DNA of 64,000 nucleotides from Squalus acanthias (GCA_030390025.1 CM059431.1:117058001-117122000); one strand, 5' to 3'. Shown: positions 1 through 13,560, numbered from the stretch's first letter. Numbers and translations are program-made. Notes: generated by a model not told the origin, from the letters alone.

Positions 1-637
1 ATCTATGCGGTACTGCTTTCTCATGGTTCCACGCTTAACTGTCGCCTTGAAAAAAACTCATTACCTCCAACAGATTATTCTCCCATGTCCACACAGTTAC
101 CTTTGGTATAGTCCAGGGTTCCAAATTTAGCTCTTTCCTTTTCACCGTTTACATGACTACCCTTCAACAACATTATCTAGGAACATGGGATAAGCTTTTA
201 CATATATGCTAAGAATAGTACGCTTCTTCCTTTGATTCCATTTCTTAGACCTTCTAGCCAAATGCCTGTTGGACATTAAGGGGTAGAAATTAGGTCGCGC
301 CCCATTTGGGGCGCAAATATCGTCTGGACGCAAATATTAGCGCCTGGCGCTAATTATTGGCACTGACAGGAAACTTCACTTTTACCGCCCCGGGAGGTGA
401 GTGGAGCGCTAAAGCAGGTGCTGCACACCTGTCTTAAGGCGCAAAGGCCAAGGAGTGAGGCGCTAACTCAGCGCGCGAGCGCAGCGCAGCTGCTGCCAGT
501 TAGCGAGGGAACACAGACACACTGGCGCCGGACACTTCTTAAAGCGGGGGGGGCCACTTGCTCCCCAGCCACACCCTGCTCATTGCAGCCTTGAATCTCA
601 GCCTGGAGAGACCTGTGAATCCATTTTGCTGCCAAGC

Positions 638-2561
638 ATGGAGAGGGTGAGAGAACGCGCTCATCGCTTCACCGAGCGGGTCTTGGATGCTCTGGTTGGC
701 GCAGTGGAGCGCAGACGATGTATGCTGTTCCCTGAGAGTGGCAGGAGGCCTTTGCCACGCGAGTTCAGAAGAGTGTGAAGGGAGGTGGCTCAGAGCGTCT
801 CCTCCAGGAGCATGGTGCCCAGGACCCATACTCAATGCCGCAAAAAGTTCAACGACCTCACTCGGGTCGTCAGGGTGAGTGGCTTTTTCTCAATACCTCT
901 CCATCCCTCCATCTCAACCTCACTCTATGGCCAGAGGGTCTTAAAACCCCAATGCACAACACTCATCCAACACCTATGGCCCTTTCATCAAACACACACA
1001 CACATTCCACACTTTGCATACAGTAAGGGCTATTCACCTATGGGAGGCACATCAGGCAAGACCATGGCTGCATACAGTAAGGGCTATTCACCTATGGGAG
1101 GCACATCAGGCAAGACCATGGCTGTATATTGTAAGGGCTATTCACCTATGGGAGGCACATCAGGCAAGACCATGGCTGTATATTGTAAGGGCTATTCACC
1201 TATGGGAGGCACATCAGGCAAGACCATGGCTGTATATTTACTCAGATGCTGTCCTTTTTCTTGCAGGCTAAGCTGGCTCATAATAGGAGACAGCAGCAAC
1301 GGACAGGTGGAGGGCGGCCTCAGCTGCAACCCCTCAGCGATCTTGAGGAGCACGTCCACAGGATTGTGGCAAGCCGGGTGATCGGTCCCGTCGCCACTGG
1401 AGATGCCGACCCCGTTCTGGACAACAATGGTAAGGTCATCACCTTTTTGTCCTCTGTCCTTCCACTTGTCCCTCACAACACCAGCCTTTGACACTTTCAA
1501 TCCAACTTGCTAACTCGCTGCACTTATTCCTCCCTTACTGCCACCCTGTCCTCACGCTAAAGCCACTCTTGTACCTCCCTGCTTTCAGATGGTGATTCAC
1601 CAGCTGAGGAGACGGGCCCTGAAGCTGCCACTGGGAGTGATGCTGCAGCTGAGGAGGAAGAGGAAGCCAGAGCATCAGTGCCACCCTCTCCCGAGGAAGC
1701 CCATGCCCACACTGGGAACACGCCTTCCCCGGAGGGGAGCAGGGGGGAAGGGGCTGATGAGGTTGAAGCTCCAGGACCCAGCGGGCTGCAGCAACGCCAT
1801 GGGGGGGTAGGGAAGAACGGGGGCCTTCTCCCCAGAGGGAGAGTATGCCAGACACTCCTACTGCAATGGACGCAGAGGAGGAGCGGCTGATTGCAGAAAT
1901 GAACACCCAGGCGGTGGGCATGCACACTGAGCTCATGGGTGCAGTGGGAAGGGTGCCCGAATGCATTGAGTCACTGGCAAGGAGTGTGGAGCACTTCGCT
2001 GTAGCACAGGTGGATGCCACACTAACGCTTAGTGCTGCAATTCAGTCACTGGCTGCCGTGATCCCATCTCTGACTGCTCTCATACAGACTCAGATGGAGG
2101 CCACGCGAGCACAGACTGCTGCCAACCTCGATGGTTCGTGCATATGTCCCCGGGGCTGTCACCGCGCCGCAGCAGGCCAGCAATCTGTTCTCCGGCAGAT
2201 TGCTCCGGATGCTGAAGTGCTGCCCCGTGGGAGTGCCAGTGTGTCGGGCGAGCAGAGAGTTGCTGTCCTCTCTCACGATGACAGCATTCCTGCTGCCAAC
2301 ACTGTCACTTCTCCACTGCACTTGCCTGTAGGACAGATTGCTGCCGCCCATGCAGAGTTGGTGCAGTCTGCAGCCGGGCCCTCCAGGCCCAGAAGTGGTC
2401 GAGGCCGTCCTTCAGGGGCATCTGCAGTGTCAGGGTCTGACGAGCAGCAGCCTTCCACCAGCCTTGCTGCAGCCACTGAGGTCCCATTACGGAGGAGCAG
2501 TAGGGTTAGAAGGGGGGAAGTGCGCAAGGGAAGGAGATCACCCTCGAAGGGCAAAAAGTAG
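638..2561 (+). pseudogene. Harbinger Myb/SANT-like DNA-binding protein, 3 exons (638-874, 1267-1429, 1589-2561)
   Basis: Exon 1 reads MERVRERAHRFTERVLDALV...QCRKKFNDL; GT-AG boundaries (agg|gtgagt, ttgcag|gct, g|gtaag, tttcag|at); TGA at 776-778 where Trp is expected; frameshift near the G run at about 1800. Confidence 0.8.
1017..1238 (+). repeat. 54-bp tandem repeat, about 4 copies, in intron 1 of the Myb-like gene
   Basis: Unit catacagtaagggctattcacctatgggaggcacatcaggcaagaccatggctg at 1017, 1071, 1125, 1179. Confidence 0.95.
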
Positions 2562-2855
2562 GATGTGTGACAAAATGCTGGTCATTTTTTTATTAAAGGC
2601 CGAGGTTCATGGTCCAACTTTTGTTTAGTGTTTTGGACATTATCTCCAGGTTGTGAGAACCAGTTATGTTATTGACTGTTTTTTTGTGTTTATTTCTATG
2701 AGTTTGTCATGAGGAATTGACACACACAGAGTTTGTAAAATAAATAAGTTTCTGTATTCAAAATATACATGGCTGGTGGTTGGAATTATTGGTGCCTTGG
2801 CCGGCTTAGGGGTTGCGTGCTGGGTTGATTAATGTTGGTAGCAATGGCAGGGGCC

Positions 2856-4016
2856 CTAGAAGCGGCTTGCTATTAGCCGTTGACGGACGGCCCTTGCAGT
2901 TTGACCATTGTGGGCCGCCCTCCCGCCTTGGTGCTGCTGATGATCATCGTCCTCGTCCTCTTCCTCCTCTTCCTCCTCCTCCTCTGGTGGTGCTACAAGG
3001 CCTGGTGGCATTGGCTGGGTCCTGAGGATTGCCATGTTGTGCAACATGCAGCACACGACTACGAAGTTCGATACTTGCTCAGGCGAGTACTGCAGGGCTC
3101 CTCCGGAATGGTCCAGACAGCGGAACCGTTGTTTCAGCACGCCGATTGTGCGCTCAATAATGTTCCTGGTTGCTTGATGGCTTTCATTGTACTGCAGCTC
3201 AGCAGGGGTGTTTGGCGTACGGAGCGGTGTCATCAGCCAGGTGCTCAATGCGTACCCCTTGTCCCCGAGAAGCCAACCAACTGGCTGATGCGGTGCCTCG
3301 AAAACTTCTGCTACAGTAGTCTGGCGCAGGATAAAAGCATCGTGGCAGCTGCCAGGATAGTGGGCATTGACAGCGAGTGTCAGCTGTCTGTGGTCACAGA
3401 CCAACTGGACATTCAAGGAATGGAACCCCTTTCTGTTCCTGAATTCCTCTGCATTCTCACGCGGAGCACGCAAAGCCACATGCGTGCAGTCAATGGCGCC
3501 CTGCACCATGGGGAAGCCCGCTACCCTCGCAAAGCCCAGAGCGCGGTCACGCTGCTTGTCTGGGGTCATAGGGAAAGAGATGAACTCTCGTCTCCTTCTG
3601 AAGAGGGCATTTGTGACCTGCCGGATGCAGCGATGCACCGCGAACTGGGAGATATTAACGAGGTCCCCAACAGCAGCTTGGAATGAGCCAGTGGCGTAGA
3701 AGTTCAAAGCCACTGTGACCTTCACTGCCACCGACAGAGACGTCCTGGACCTCAGTTGAGGCTGCAGATCTGGCTGCAGCAGGTGGCAGAGCTCAGTGAC
3801 CACCTCCTTGCTGAATCACAGCCTTCGCAAACACAGCTCCTCGGACATATGGATGTAGGAGAGCTGTTCACGATATACCCTGGGAGGGTAAGCTCTCCTG
3901 TACATGCGCCTGATGGCCCTCCTCCGTCTGGCCATCATTGCCACTCTCTCTCTGCGTCTCTGTATCCTCCGATTCAGCTGGAGCAGGACGACGCCCCCAA
4001 TCAGTGCAGCCCCCAT
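2856..4016 (-). pseudogene. Harbinger (HARBI1-like) DDE transposase with one in-frame stop
   Basis: ORFs 3816..4085 and 2856..3803 are in frame, separated only by TGA at 3816-3818 (RRL*FSKEV; likely CGA>TGA); motifs GAIDCTH, LLGDKGY, IERTIG; acidic tail. Confidence 0.92.
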
Positions 4017-5894
4017 ATTCTCTTTGTCAGAAAAGTAATGAGGGACAGCAACTAAAGTAGCAACAAAGTTAGGATGAATAGGCAAAACTACCTCACAAAG
4101 CGTTGAGTCAATGTAGAAGTCTCTCTCTCTCTCTCTCCGAATCTCTCTCTCTCTCTCAGAACGAGTGGTGCATAAATGTCGACCACAGAAAAAGACAGGA
4201 AGAGGCCCCCTTTAAATAGCGCCCCCCCCCAGCCCCACAGCGATTGATAGCGTTCCAGTCTTCCGGTCGTTGGAAGCGCCAGGCGGTAAGGCAGGGGGCG
4301 CCACTCAATTTCCGCTCCGGGGCACCCCAAGGGCGTTGCACCATGGAATGACGTCATAATCTGCGCGCGCAGGTGGTCGCAGCGGTAAGTTTTAGCGCCG
4401 CCGCACAATCTCAAGTTAAGTTCTCGAGCGGCGCAAACATCGCTGCGCCCGGGCGTTAGCGGCTTTGCGCCCCATTAGCGCCCTCTTAAGGAGCTAACGG
4501 GAGGCGCAACCAACTGAATTTTTACCCCTAAATCTCTATGATACCAAACGTCCTCAGGTAAATGTCACCAAAACGGAAGCGATCCTTTTTAGTTCTTGCA
4601 AACACCTTCACACCTCCAGCCTCAATTTCAACATGCATCCAGCTGATGCCTCATGGTAAGTCAAAAGATTTGAAACCTTGGAGGACTGTTAGATCTTGAG
4701 CTCAGCTTTCTCCTACACGTCAATTTTTTCGCCAAGACTACTTTCTTTCACTGCTGAAACGTTGCCTTTGTCTGCCCTTACCTTGCCCTGCTATTGCCAA
4801 AATCACTATCCATGTCTGTATCAAACAGAGGCTTAATGTCGCCGATGCTTTGGCCTCCTTGGTTGCACTGTCCAAAAATTACAACTCATCCAGAATTCCT
4901 TAGCCGACCTTCTCACCCGCTTTAGCCCTATTTTTGTTAAGCTCCCATGGCCAGACAATTGTCATTAACTTCAAATTCCTCTGATGGCCTTGACCCTCGC
5001 TACCTCCTCAATCTTCTCCAGCTGTTTGTTTCTATGTGAACCTTCCCCTCCTCTGACGGTGGACTGCTTCTCATTCGACGCTCCCTCTGACTCTCCATCA
5101 GCATACAATCCACCAACCATTAAGCCTCCAACCTCTGAAACTCCCTTCCTCAGGATCTCCTCCTGGTCTTCCACTCTACTTTCAAAAGCATCCAAAAGAC
5201 CTTTCTTCTTGGCCACCCAACCTCTCTCTTCCCTTTCTGTGAATCACTTCAAGACATCACTTTGTGTATGAAGTGCTTTATAGAAATATAGGGGGAGAAA
5301 GTCAGTATCACCCCGTTTGGAGTGGTAACTTTTGAAAGCTGGGACACTTAGTGCCAGGCGCTAATGATTCCCAACAGTAAAAAAATTGGGTTTTAGCACT
5401 CCAGGAAGGAAGTGGAGCGCTAAATCAAGTGCTCCACTTCCTTCCTGGAGCGCAACAGGCAGCAGGCGGGGCGGTAGGTGAGCAGCGCTGTACACTGGGC
5501 CGCGCATCGCTGCCGCGTTGGAAGGCTCCTTCCCTCCCTTAAAGGGAAGGGCCATCGCTGCAGGCTCTGCAAGGGGAAAACTTACCTGGTCCCTGACGGC
5601 AGCCGTGATCCGGCCCGATCAGCCCGATGCACTGCAGCAGAGTGCCGGGCTGATCAATCGCTGGCGAAGACAAAGGAAAAAAAAAGAGAAAGAGCATTTC
5701 AGAATTTTTTTTACTTACCTTGGCCACCTCGCCTTTAAATGTCGCCCCCGAAGTACCCGGCCTCCCGATGAACACCTCCTGCAGCTGCCGGTGTTTTTGC
5801 CTGGCAAAGCTGCAGGGGGTGGAACTGGAGTTCAGGTCTGTGGCGTTACCGGGATGCTGCGCAGCCGGATGATGTCACGATCTTCGGGCGCAGG

Positions 5895-7631
5895 TGTAAG
5901 GGGTTGTGTCGTGCTTGTATCGCAGGCGGTGCTGGTACGGGGTTAGGCCTTCGTTGCCTAATACTATTGCTTGCTCTGGTCTCCGGCCAGCCTTGTTGCA
6001 ATAAGCACCTGTGAGTGGTTCGACCCACTCGCCCTTACGGTTCTAACACTGGACTTAGGTGCGAGAGCAGTAATGCAGAGAAAAACTCAAATAGACCCGG
6101 TTGAATAGTACGAAATGGAAATCTTTATTGCATAGCGTCCAAGATCATGAAGTACATGTCATAGGCGCAAATTACTGAGAGTACAAGTATACATACATTC
6201 ATAAAGCTTGTTCTATGGTAATGAAGAACGCACGGCACATCATAAAAAGGGGAACACATTATACTTTATCCTTAATAAAACCACCCTCCCTTATCAATAC
6301 CTACACTACATCTAGATTTGTAGGATCGTGAAACATGCTCACCACTCGTGATACTTCGGAGAATTTTTAAGTGAGGCACTCGGCTCGTTTCGCTGCAGCG
6401 CCTGACTGTCACGTGTTTGGAGGGGTCTCTGTACCCCACTTGTTTATCTTCGCTGCTGCGACAAGCAGGCTGGGCTCCCCGTTGTCATGAAGAACTCGAC
6501 AGCACTCGGGCATGGTTCGAAGAAGAGTCTTCCTGTGCTCGACACCGGTTGCCGGTAGAATTCGAAAAAGAGTCTTTGACCAGTTCGTGCAGTAACCTGT
6601 AGAGTTCAAGAAATGGGTTGTATATTTTCGGGCGCGGTCGGGGTTTACTGACCGCGGCGGCACGTGGATTCTTCTCCTCTTCTTCTCGTCTCGTCTCGTC
6701 TCTTCTCTTCGGGCCTTCGGGTCCAGCCACCGTTTACCGACCCTCGGGATGGTGCACCCGGTCACCGGCCTTCGTCGAGTAGGCTCGTTCCGTTTGAGCT
6801 CCACCCAACATTCGAATAACTGTCCAGTTCAGCTAAAAGTCCAGAGTCAACAGAGTCCAGAGAAACACAGAAGGCTGCTCGTCCAGCAGAGTTCAGCCCC
6901 AGTCAAGAGTCCGCAGAGATAAGAGAAAATAAGAGCCGAATCAAGAGCATCAGCTGAGATAAGAGAATAAGAGTCGAATCAAGAGCATCAGCCGAGATAA
7001 GAGAAAAATAAGAGAGCGATGGACATTTGTTGTCTATGGTTATAGTGCTGTGTTCCCTTATCTCCCGCCCAAATCTTAATGTTTGTCCTTTGTGAAATAT
7101 TGGCGCTCAAAACTCCCAGCATGGGGTGATTCTTGTCTTTAACGGGTTTCGGTAGCACCTGAGACTGGCCAACTACCCGCTAATGTTTTCCCCATTGTTG
7201 AACCGGCTCGGAGCCTCCCTGGCTGGGTTCTGGGGGCCCCCGAATACTTGTTTAATCACCCGAGAATGGCTCTCTCATTGTAGAGCCATGGGGGTATTTG
7301 CGTATTGATGTGTCTGGATGGGCCTTCGATTGCCCAGTACAATGGTCCTTACTTGTGCATGGAAAACGATTCCAGCACTCATATCTTTTGCTATTGTCAC
7401 AAATGCAAACAGGTTGCATCCTGTCTTTATCAGTGCTTATCGAAAATGTTTATTCGAACGCCATCTTGTCTGCCCACTGTACTTCTGGAAACTTCTGCCA
7501 CGATGCGCGGCGGCCATTTTACAGGCTTCTGTGTCCTGTTTAATCATGACAGCATTTCGTTTAAATAAACTGATCAAACGAATCTGCTCCTATCTCGTTA
7601 TTTCGAATCGCGATAATTGCGAAACTTTACA
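5895..7631 (-). mobile_element. Solo LTR (1737 bp), sister family of the 43584-56167 provirus
   Basis: TGTAA...TTACA termini; CAGG TSD (5891-5894, 7632-7635); minus-strand start tgtaaagtttcgcaattatcgcgat resembles the provirus LTR start; shared TATA, splice-donor, AATAAA and U5 blocks. Confidence 0.92.
6916..7015 (+). repeat. About 38-bp tandem repeat, 2.5-3 copies, inside the solo LTR
   Basis: Repeated gagataagagaa(a)taagag(c/t)cgaatcaagagcatcagc. Confidence 0.8.
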
Positions 7632-8125
7632 CAGGAGATCATGGCGCTAAAGTTTACTGCCGCCTAAGACCGCCAGGTGAATTTCGCGGGCGGTGGTAAC
7701 ATCGCCGCGCCCAGGCAGTAAGTCATTAGCGCCCTGTTATCACCCTCCGGAGGTGCTAACAAGAGGCGCTAACCAACCAAATTTCTCCCCCATAGGTTGT
7801 TGTTAAAAGGTAGCAACAAATGGAAGTACTGTAACATTCTCATAATCCCAAAGAGCAAAAGTCAAGTCATTTTTAACATCAATATGTGCCTCTGGCGTAG
7901 CGTACATTGTTTTACATTCATGATTTTATTTTACTTTGTTATCTGGGATGTCTTGGCAGCAATGACAGAAGCAGATTCCCATAATTTGTTAGTAATTTGA
8001 ATAGCAGTGGAATTTATTTAACTGAAGGATTCAAAGGAATTTCATAGCTTCTATCAACAATAAAAGATTGTGTGATGGATATTAAAAATGTTGTTCTAGC
8101 TTGACAATTGCTTCTAAATATTAAT

Positions 8126-8625
8126 CATAGAATCATGGCACAGCACAGAAGGAGGCCATCATGCCTGTGCCGGCTCTTTGGTCGAGCTATCCAATTAGTC
8201 CCACTCCCCTGCTCTTGCCCCATAGCCCTGTAATTTTTTCCCTTCAAATATTTATACAATTCCCTTTTGAAAGTTACTATTGAATCTGCTTCCACCACCC
8301 TTTCAGGCTGTGCATTTCCGATCACAACAACTCACTGCGTAAAATAAATTGTCCTCATGCCGCCTCTGATTCGTTTGCCAAGTACCTTAAACCTGTGTCC
8401 TCTGGTTACCGACCCTTCTGCCAATGGAAACAATTTCTCCTTATTTAATCTATCAAAACCATTCATGATTTTGAACAGCTCTATCAAATCTCCTTCTTTG
8501 CTCTAAGGAGAACAACCCCAGTTTCTCCAGTCTCTCCAGATAACTGAAGTCACTCAACCCTGGTACCATTCTAGTAAATCTCTTCTGCGTCCTCCCTAAG
8601 GCCTTGACATCCTTCCTAAAGTGAG
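8126..8625 (-). mobile_element. CR1 LINE 3' fragment
   Basis: PHFRKDVKALGRTQKRFTRMVPG...LEKLGLFSLEQRR; CR1 3' UTR ending in an (atcatagaa)-type tail. Confidence 0.85.
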
Positions 8626-8929
8626 GACGGGGCAATAACGCCTCTTCCTTTGTTATGCTATTGCTCAAGCATTGTGTATGCTAAGACATGTTAAGACTTG
8701 TTGTCACGTATTAAATGAACGAGTAGAAACAAAATTAGTGTCAGGTTCGAATCAACTTACACATGTAAATAATGCTGTTGTGTATTCTTATCTAGGCACT
8801 TTCCTAAAGGTCTGCCACCTTCTCTTGCTTCTGTTGTAAGTAATGCTGTACTGTAAATTATATTAATACTGGTTATCAACTCCTGCTAACCATGCTGCAC
8901 TGCTTTTTTGGGGGGAGAGTGATCTAGAG

Positions 8930-9412
8930 TGCCAAACATGAGCAACTCTTCTTGCACTTGCACTTTGTCAGCTCATTGAACCTATTTTGGCACTGTGTGG
9001 CAGATTTTGGGGTGGTGGAGGTAGCACTCACTGCCTCTGCCATCTCCCTCCAGACAGCCTGCAGTTCCCAACAATCTTCTGGCTTCGATTCTGCCAATAG
9101 GACCTCCAGGGAAGCATCCAAGAATGTGGGATCCCTTCCGGCTGCTGGCACCCCTGAGGATGAAGCTGCTTCAGCCATTCTTGCAGAAAGGTGATGCTGC
9201 CCTTTAACTGACTGCAGCTTTTGAAATGCTGCCCCAGAACTGTGTACCCACCTCCCCCAAGAACATACCAGGAGTGTTATTACAGTTCCAAACCCGCCCT
9301 GCATAGCAAATGAGGATTTTTAGGAGGGAATTGCAGGTGAGCAGTGGATTCCCATTAGCGTGAGTATTCCCGCTCTGCAATTAACCCTCCAACTAGAGGG
9401 AAATCCAAGCCA
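8930..9412 (-). pseudogene. Harbinger end with Myb-like exon 1 remnant
   Basis: RDPTFLDASLEVLL...VWREMAEAVSA...QCQNRFNEL. Confidence 0.6.
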
Positions 9413-9868
9413 ATGCCGCCATGCTGCCAACAGTGCCATATTTCTATGATTGCACATGGAAGATCCCTACCTCTTGATTCCACCTGCAGTCACAGAGGTT
9501 CGGCCTTACATTTTTAATTCCAACCCCTCATGCCTTGACTATATGAAACTATATGCAAATAGCCCAGCGAATGTCCATTTCCTGCGCGTGCGGATGAAAC
9601 TTGACAGATCGCAAGTTCCGGGTTTTCGCGCATGCGCAGCGCATGAGGGCACTTACGACCGCACTTACTGTGTGTACACCGTCATAGACCCCGTAAAATC
9701 CGTGCCAATGTTGATTCACCAACATAGGCAGGTTAAAGTTAACTATTGCTCTTATTTATTTCACTGTATATAGAAATAGTTAATTCAAGTGTTAACTTTT
9801 TTGTTCAATACTTGCTCTATAAAACTGATTATTTTCGTTCTTTAGTCCAGCTCTTTGAATTCCCTTTT

Positions 9869-11230
9869 CATAGGATTACAAGAGATATACGGCACAGAAA
9901 CAGGCCATTCGGCCCAACCAGTCCATGCCGGAGTTTATGCTCCACTCGAGCCTCCTCCCGTCTTTCCTCATCTAAATCTATCAGCATAACCCTCTGTTCC
10001 CTTCTCCCTCATATGTTTGTCCAGCCTCCCCTTAAATGCATCTGTACTATTCGCTTCAACCACTCCCTGTGGTAGCGAGTTCCACATTTACACCACCCTT
10101 TGGGTAAAGAAGTTTCTTCTGAATTCCCTATTTGAGATCTTGGTGATTATCTTATATTGATGGCTTCTAGTTATGCTCTTCCCCACAAGTGGAAACATTC
10201 TCTCTGTATCCACTCTATCAAAACCTTTCATAATTTTAAAGACCTCTATTAGGTCACCCAGCAACCTTCTCAAGAGAAAGGAGACCCAGCCTGTTCATCC
10301 TTTCCTGTATGTATACCCTCGCTTTTCTGGTATCATCCTTGTAAATCTTCTCTGCACCCTCTCCAGTGCCTCTATATCCTTCTTATAATATGGCGAAGAG
10401 AACTGTACGCAGTACTCCAAGTGTGGTCTAACTAAGGTTCGATAGAGGTTTAGCATAACTTCCCTACTTTTCAATTCTATACCTCTAGAAATAAACCCTA
10501 GTGCTTGGTTTGCTTTTTTCATGGCCTTGCTAACCTGTGTTGCAACTTTTAGTGATTTGTGTATTTGTACTCCGAGATCCCTTTGTTCCTCTGCCCCACC
10601 TAGACTCGCACCCTCCAAGTGATAAGTAACTGCCCTATTCTTCCTACTAAAATGTAATACCTCACATTTATCTGTGTTGAACTTCATTTGCCAATTATAT
10701 GCCCATTCTGCAAGTTTATTAATGTCCTCCTGTAATTTGTTGCAGTCCTCTTCAGTATTGACTATCCCCTCCAATTTGGTGTCATCCGCAAATGTAGAAA
10801 TTGTGTTTTTGATTCCAAAGTCTAAATCGTTAACATAAATTGTGAACAACAGTGGTCCCAGCACTGATCATTGTGGAACACCACTACCCACCTTCTGCCA
10901 CTCTGAATAGCTACCCTTTACCCCGACTGTCTGCTTTCTGTCTTGAAGCCAGCGAGCTATCCATTCTGCTACTCGTCATCTGATTCCGCATTGTCTACTC
11001 TCTCTGTTACCTCTTCAAAAAATTCAATGAGGTTGGTCAAGCAAGACTTTCCCTTTTGAAATCCATGCTGACTATTCATTATTATGTTTTTGGTTTCTAG
11101 ATGTTCTTCTATTTTCTCCTTTAGTAGGGATTCCATTATTTTTCCTACCACTGATGTTAAGCTGACTGGTCTATAATTCCCTGGACATGTTCTATCCTCC
11201 TTCTTAAATATAGGTATTACGTTAGCTAGT
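9869..11230 (-). mobile_element. CR1 LINE, 5'-truncated RT and 3' end
   Basis: QHGFQKGKSCLTNLIEFFEEVT, LGPLLFTIYVNDLD, FADDTKL, LVRPHLEYCVQF. Confidence 0.92.
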
Positions 11231-11401
11231 CATCTTTCTAGCTAGTTAAGAAAATGGTAAGTGCGACCTAGCAAAAGAAAACCTTCATATTATGGTGGCT
11301 AGACTGTGAATGGCAGTACATCAAGTACCTACACTTTTTGTAGAAAACTGTCACGATGGTTTTCAATTTGCTGCCATCTGTTTGCATTCAAAAAATGGGG
11401 C

Positions 11402-11590
11402 CTCTACTTCTCTCCCCTCCTTTAAGACACTCCTTAAAACCTATCTCTATGACCAAGCTTTTGGTCACCAGTCCTAATATCTCCTTAAGTGGCTAAGTGT
11501 CATATTATGTTTAATAATGCTCCTGTGTTGTGCCTTGGGATGTTTTACTACAATAAAGGCACTATATAAATGCAGATGGTTGTTGTTGTT
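11402..11590 (+). mobile_element. L2-type LINE/SINE 3' tail
   Basis: ccttaaaacctatctc...ggcactatataaatgca followed by (gtt)n. Confidence 0.55.
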
Positions 11591-11649
11591 GGTAGAGGCA
11601 CCAAAATGCTGGCTGTTGGTTCAGCTGATTTACCACTGCTTTGACAATT

Positions 11650-11950
11650 CATAGAATATACACCACAGAAATAGGGCATTTGGCCCAACTAGTCTGTGCT
11701 GATGTTTATACTCCACACGAGACTCCTCCCATTTCATCTGCCTCATCTCAGCCTTTCAGCATATCTTTCTATTCCCTTTTCTCTCATGTACTCATCTAGT
11801 TTCCTTTTGAAAGCATCTAAGCTATTTGCCTCAAACACTTCCTGTGGTAGCAAGTTTCACATTCTAAACACTCTCTAAGTAAAGAAATGTCCCCTTATTT
11901 CATTGTTGGATTTATTGGTAACTATCTTGTATTTATAGCCCCTAGTTTTA
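11650..11950 (-). mobile_element. CR1 3' UTR fragment
   Basis: Similar to 9869-10170 (ggcatttggccc...ctccacacgag...ctgtggtagc). Confidence 0.65.
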
Positions 11951-13560
11951 AATTCTTAGTGCTGGGCCATTTCTTGTTAATTAATTTTAATTAAAATGAA
12001 TATCAAGTCTAACTCTATTTTTTTCAGGACATAGGCTTCGCTGGCAAGGCCGGCATTTATTGCTAGTTGCCCTGAGAAAGTTTGTTACAACTGAGTGGTT
12101 TGCTAGGTTGCTTCGGAGGGCAGTTAAAAGTCAACCATGTTGGTGTGGAACTGGAGTCACATTTTGACTAGATCAGATGAGGACTGCAGCTTTCCTTCCC
12201 TAAATGACATTAGTGAAACAATGTGTTTTTTTTAACAACACTTCAATAGCTTTATGATCACTTTCACTGATATCAGGAAGCCACCAGCGAGCAGGCGAAG
12301 AAGCGAAGCCGAAGGTGGGGGTGGGATTTGCAGAGGGGAAACCAGTGGTGCGAGGAACTCTGATTCCACCAGTAACTATAGTAACTCATTGAAATTGCAC
12401 TGATAAGTAATAGTAATTCAGGTAACAGATTCCCTTCATAATCAACAGTGATACAATAACTGACAGTGTATATGTAATTGGTAGTAATAGGTGTAATGCC
12501 CCAATATCCTTCCTGTAACTTGTAGCAATAAATGCTGGCCTTGCCAGCGACGCCCACATCCCATAAACAAATTAAAAACAACTGCTATTCAGCCTGTATC
12601 TACAGCCAGAATCCCCCTACACTGCACAGGTCAGGGTCCCCAGTCGCTGTTGCTTTTATAGACCTTTTTGCTCTCCCTATCTTCTTGGACACTGGTTTGG
12701 ATTCAGGTTCAAGTTCAACAAGGTGACAACTCTGAACTGGGAATCTCAGATACAGCCAATCTGTACTTGGACTTCACACGTCAAAACCGGCCGGGACAGT
12801 CCGATCTGAACCAAACTGAGAGATTGCACGGAAGGGCAGCGGTCTCAGTGTTTGAGGTACTTCTGACAGGGCACATCATCCTAAACTCAGCTCAGCACCA
12901 CCATTTCAAAACCACTCCCTGGGCTCAGACTCAATAAATTCTTCTTTTGCAACTTTTGAGGTACTGTATCAGTTTCATTTTATGAAAGAGTGAAGTGGAT
13001 TGGAAGTAGGTTTTATGTACGGGGGCATCTGTAGTTCATTGTTTGTAACATCGGAGATAATGGAAGAAGGAAAGAAACATTATACTTAGTATCTAGGTTG
13101 TATGTTTCTATTTTTAGTGGCAGTGATTATTATGCTTGCAAACTCTGGTTGGAGGTATTCCTGGAGGTTTGATCATGTGACATCTGATCATGTGACTCTT
13201 GCCCACAGTTTGCAAATGTTATTGCATTTATCTTATAAAGGTTGAGTCCCCTGCAGTTGAGAATTTTTGCTCATGGTTTTTATGCCCGCAGCTGTCATAT
13301 AAGTGGTTCCGAGAACCAGGAAGCCATCCACAAGCAGGCAAAGAACATACACAGGCGCAAACCACATATGTGAACTGAGAATGTGAAGAGCAAATTCTAC
13401 TTTTCATCTGGGTTGCTAGTTGTAGTACCGGGAGATTAATCTTTCATTCCTGGAGATTCCCTGGCAATCCTGGAGTGTTGGCAATCCTAGGTGTATTCCA
13501 GGCCTACCAACTGTCCCGCATTTATCAGGAGGTTTCAGCTGGAGATCATGCTCTTTAGAT

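Larger units (their letters stand above)
280..4528. mobile_element. Near-intact autonomous-type PIF/Harbinger DNA transposon
   Basis: TIRs GGGGTAGAAATT (280) / AATTTTTACCCC (ends 4528), 1 mismatch; TAA TSD at 277-279 and 4529-4531; convergent Myb-like and transposase genes. Confidence 0.93.
1..5290 (+). mobile_element. Degraded L2-type LINE 3' portion (RT region to tail), split by the Harbinger at 280-4528
   Basis: Remnant RT motifs before 279; frame resumes after 4531 with an 'LN..KTE.I'-like motif; L2-like tail 'gtgctttatagaaat' near 5273-5287. Confidence 0.5.
5291..7791. mobile_element. Non-autonomous Harbinger MITE interrupted by a solo LTR
   Basis: TIR GGGGGAGAAA / TTTCTCCCCC, ATA TSD on both sides; shares GGCGCTAA subterminal motifs with the 280-4528 element. 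Confidence 0.8.

Noticed and set aside
785..1381. 198-aa ORF with repeated YSKGYSPMGGTSGKTMA
   Set aside because: Read-through of Myb exon 1 into an intronic 54-bp tandem repeat
2880..3686. 268-aa plus-strand ORF with a TM-like stretch
   Set aside because: Antisense shadow of the transposase; the hydrophobic run is the complement of the poly-Glu codons
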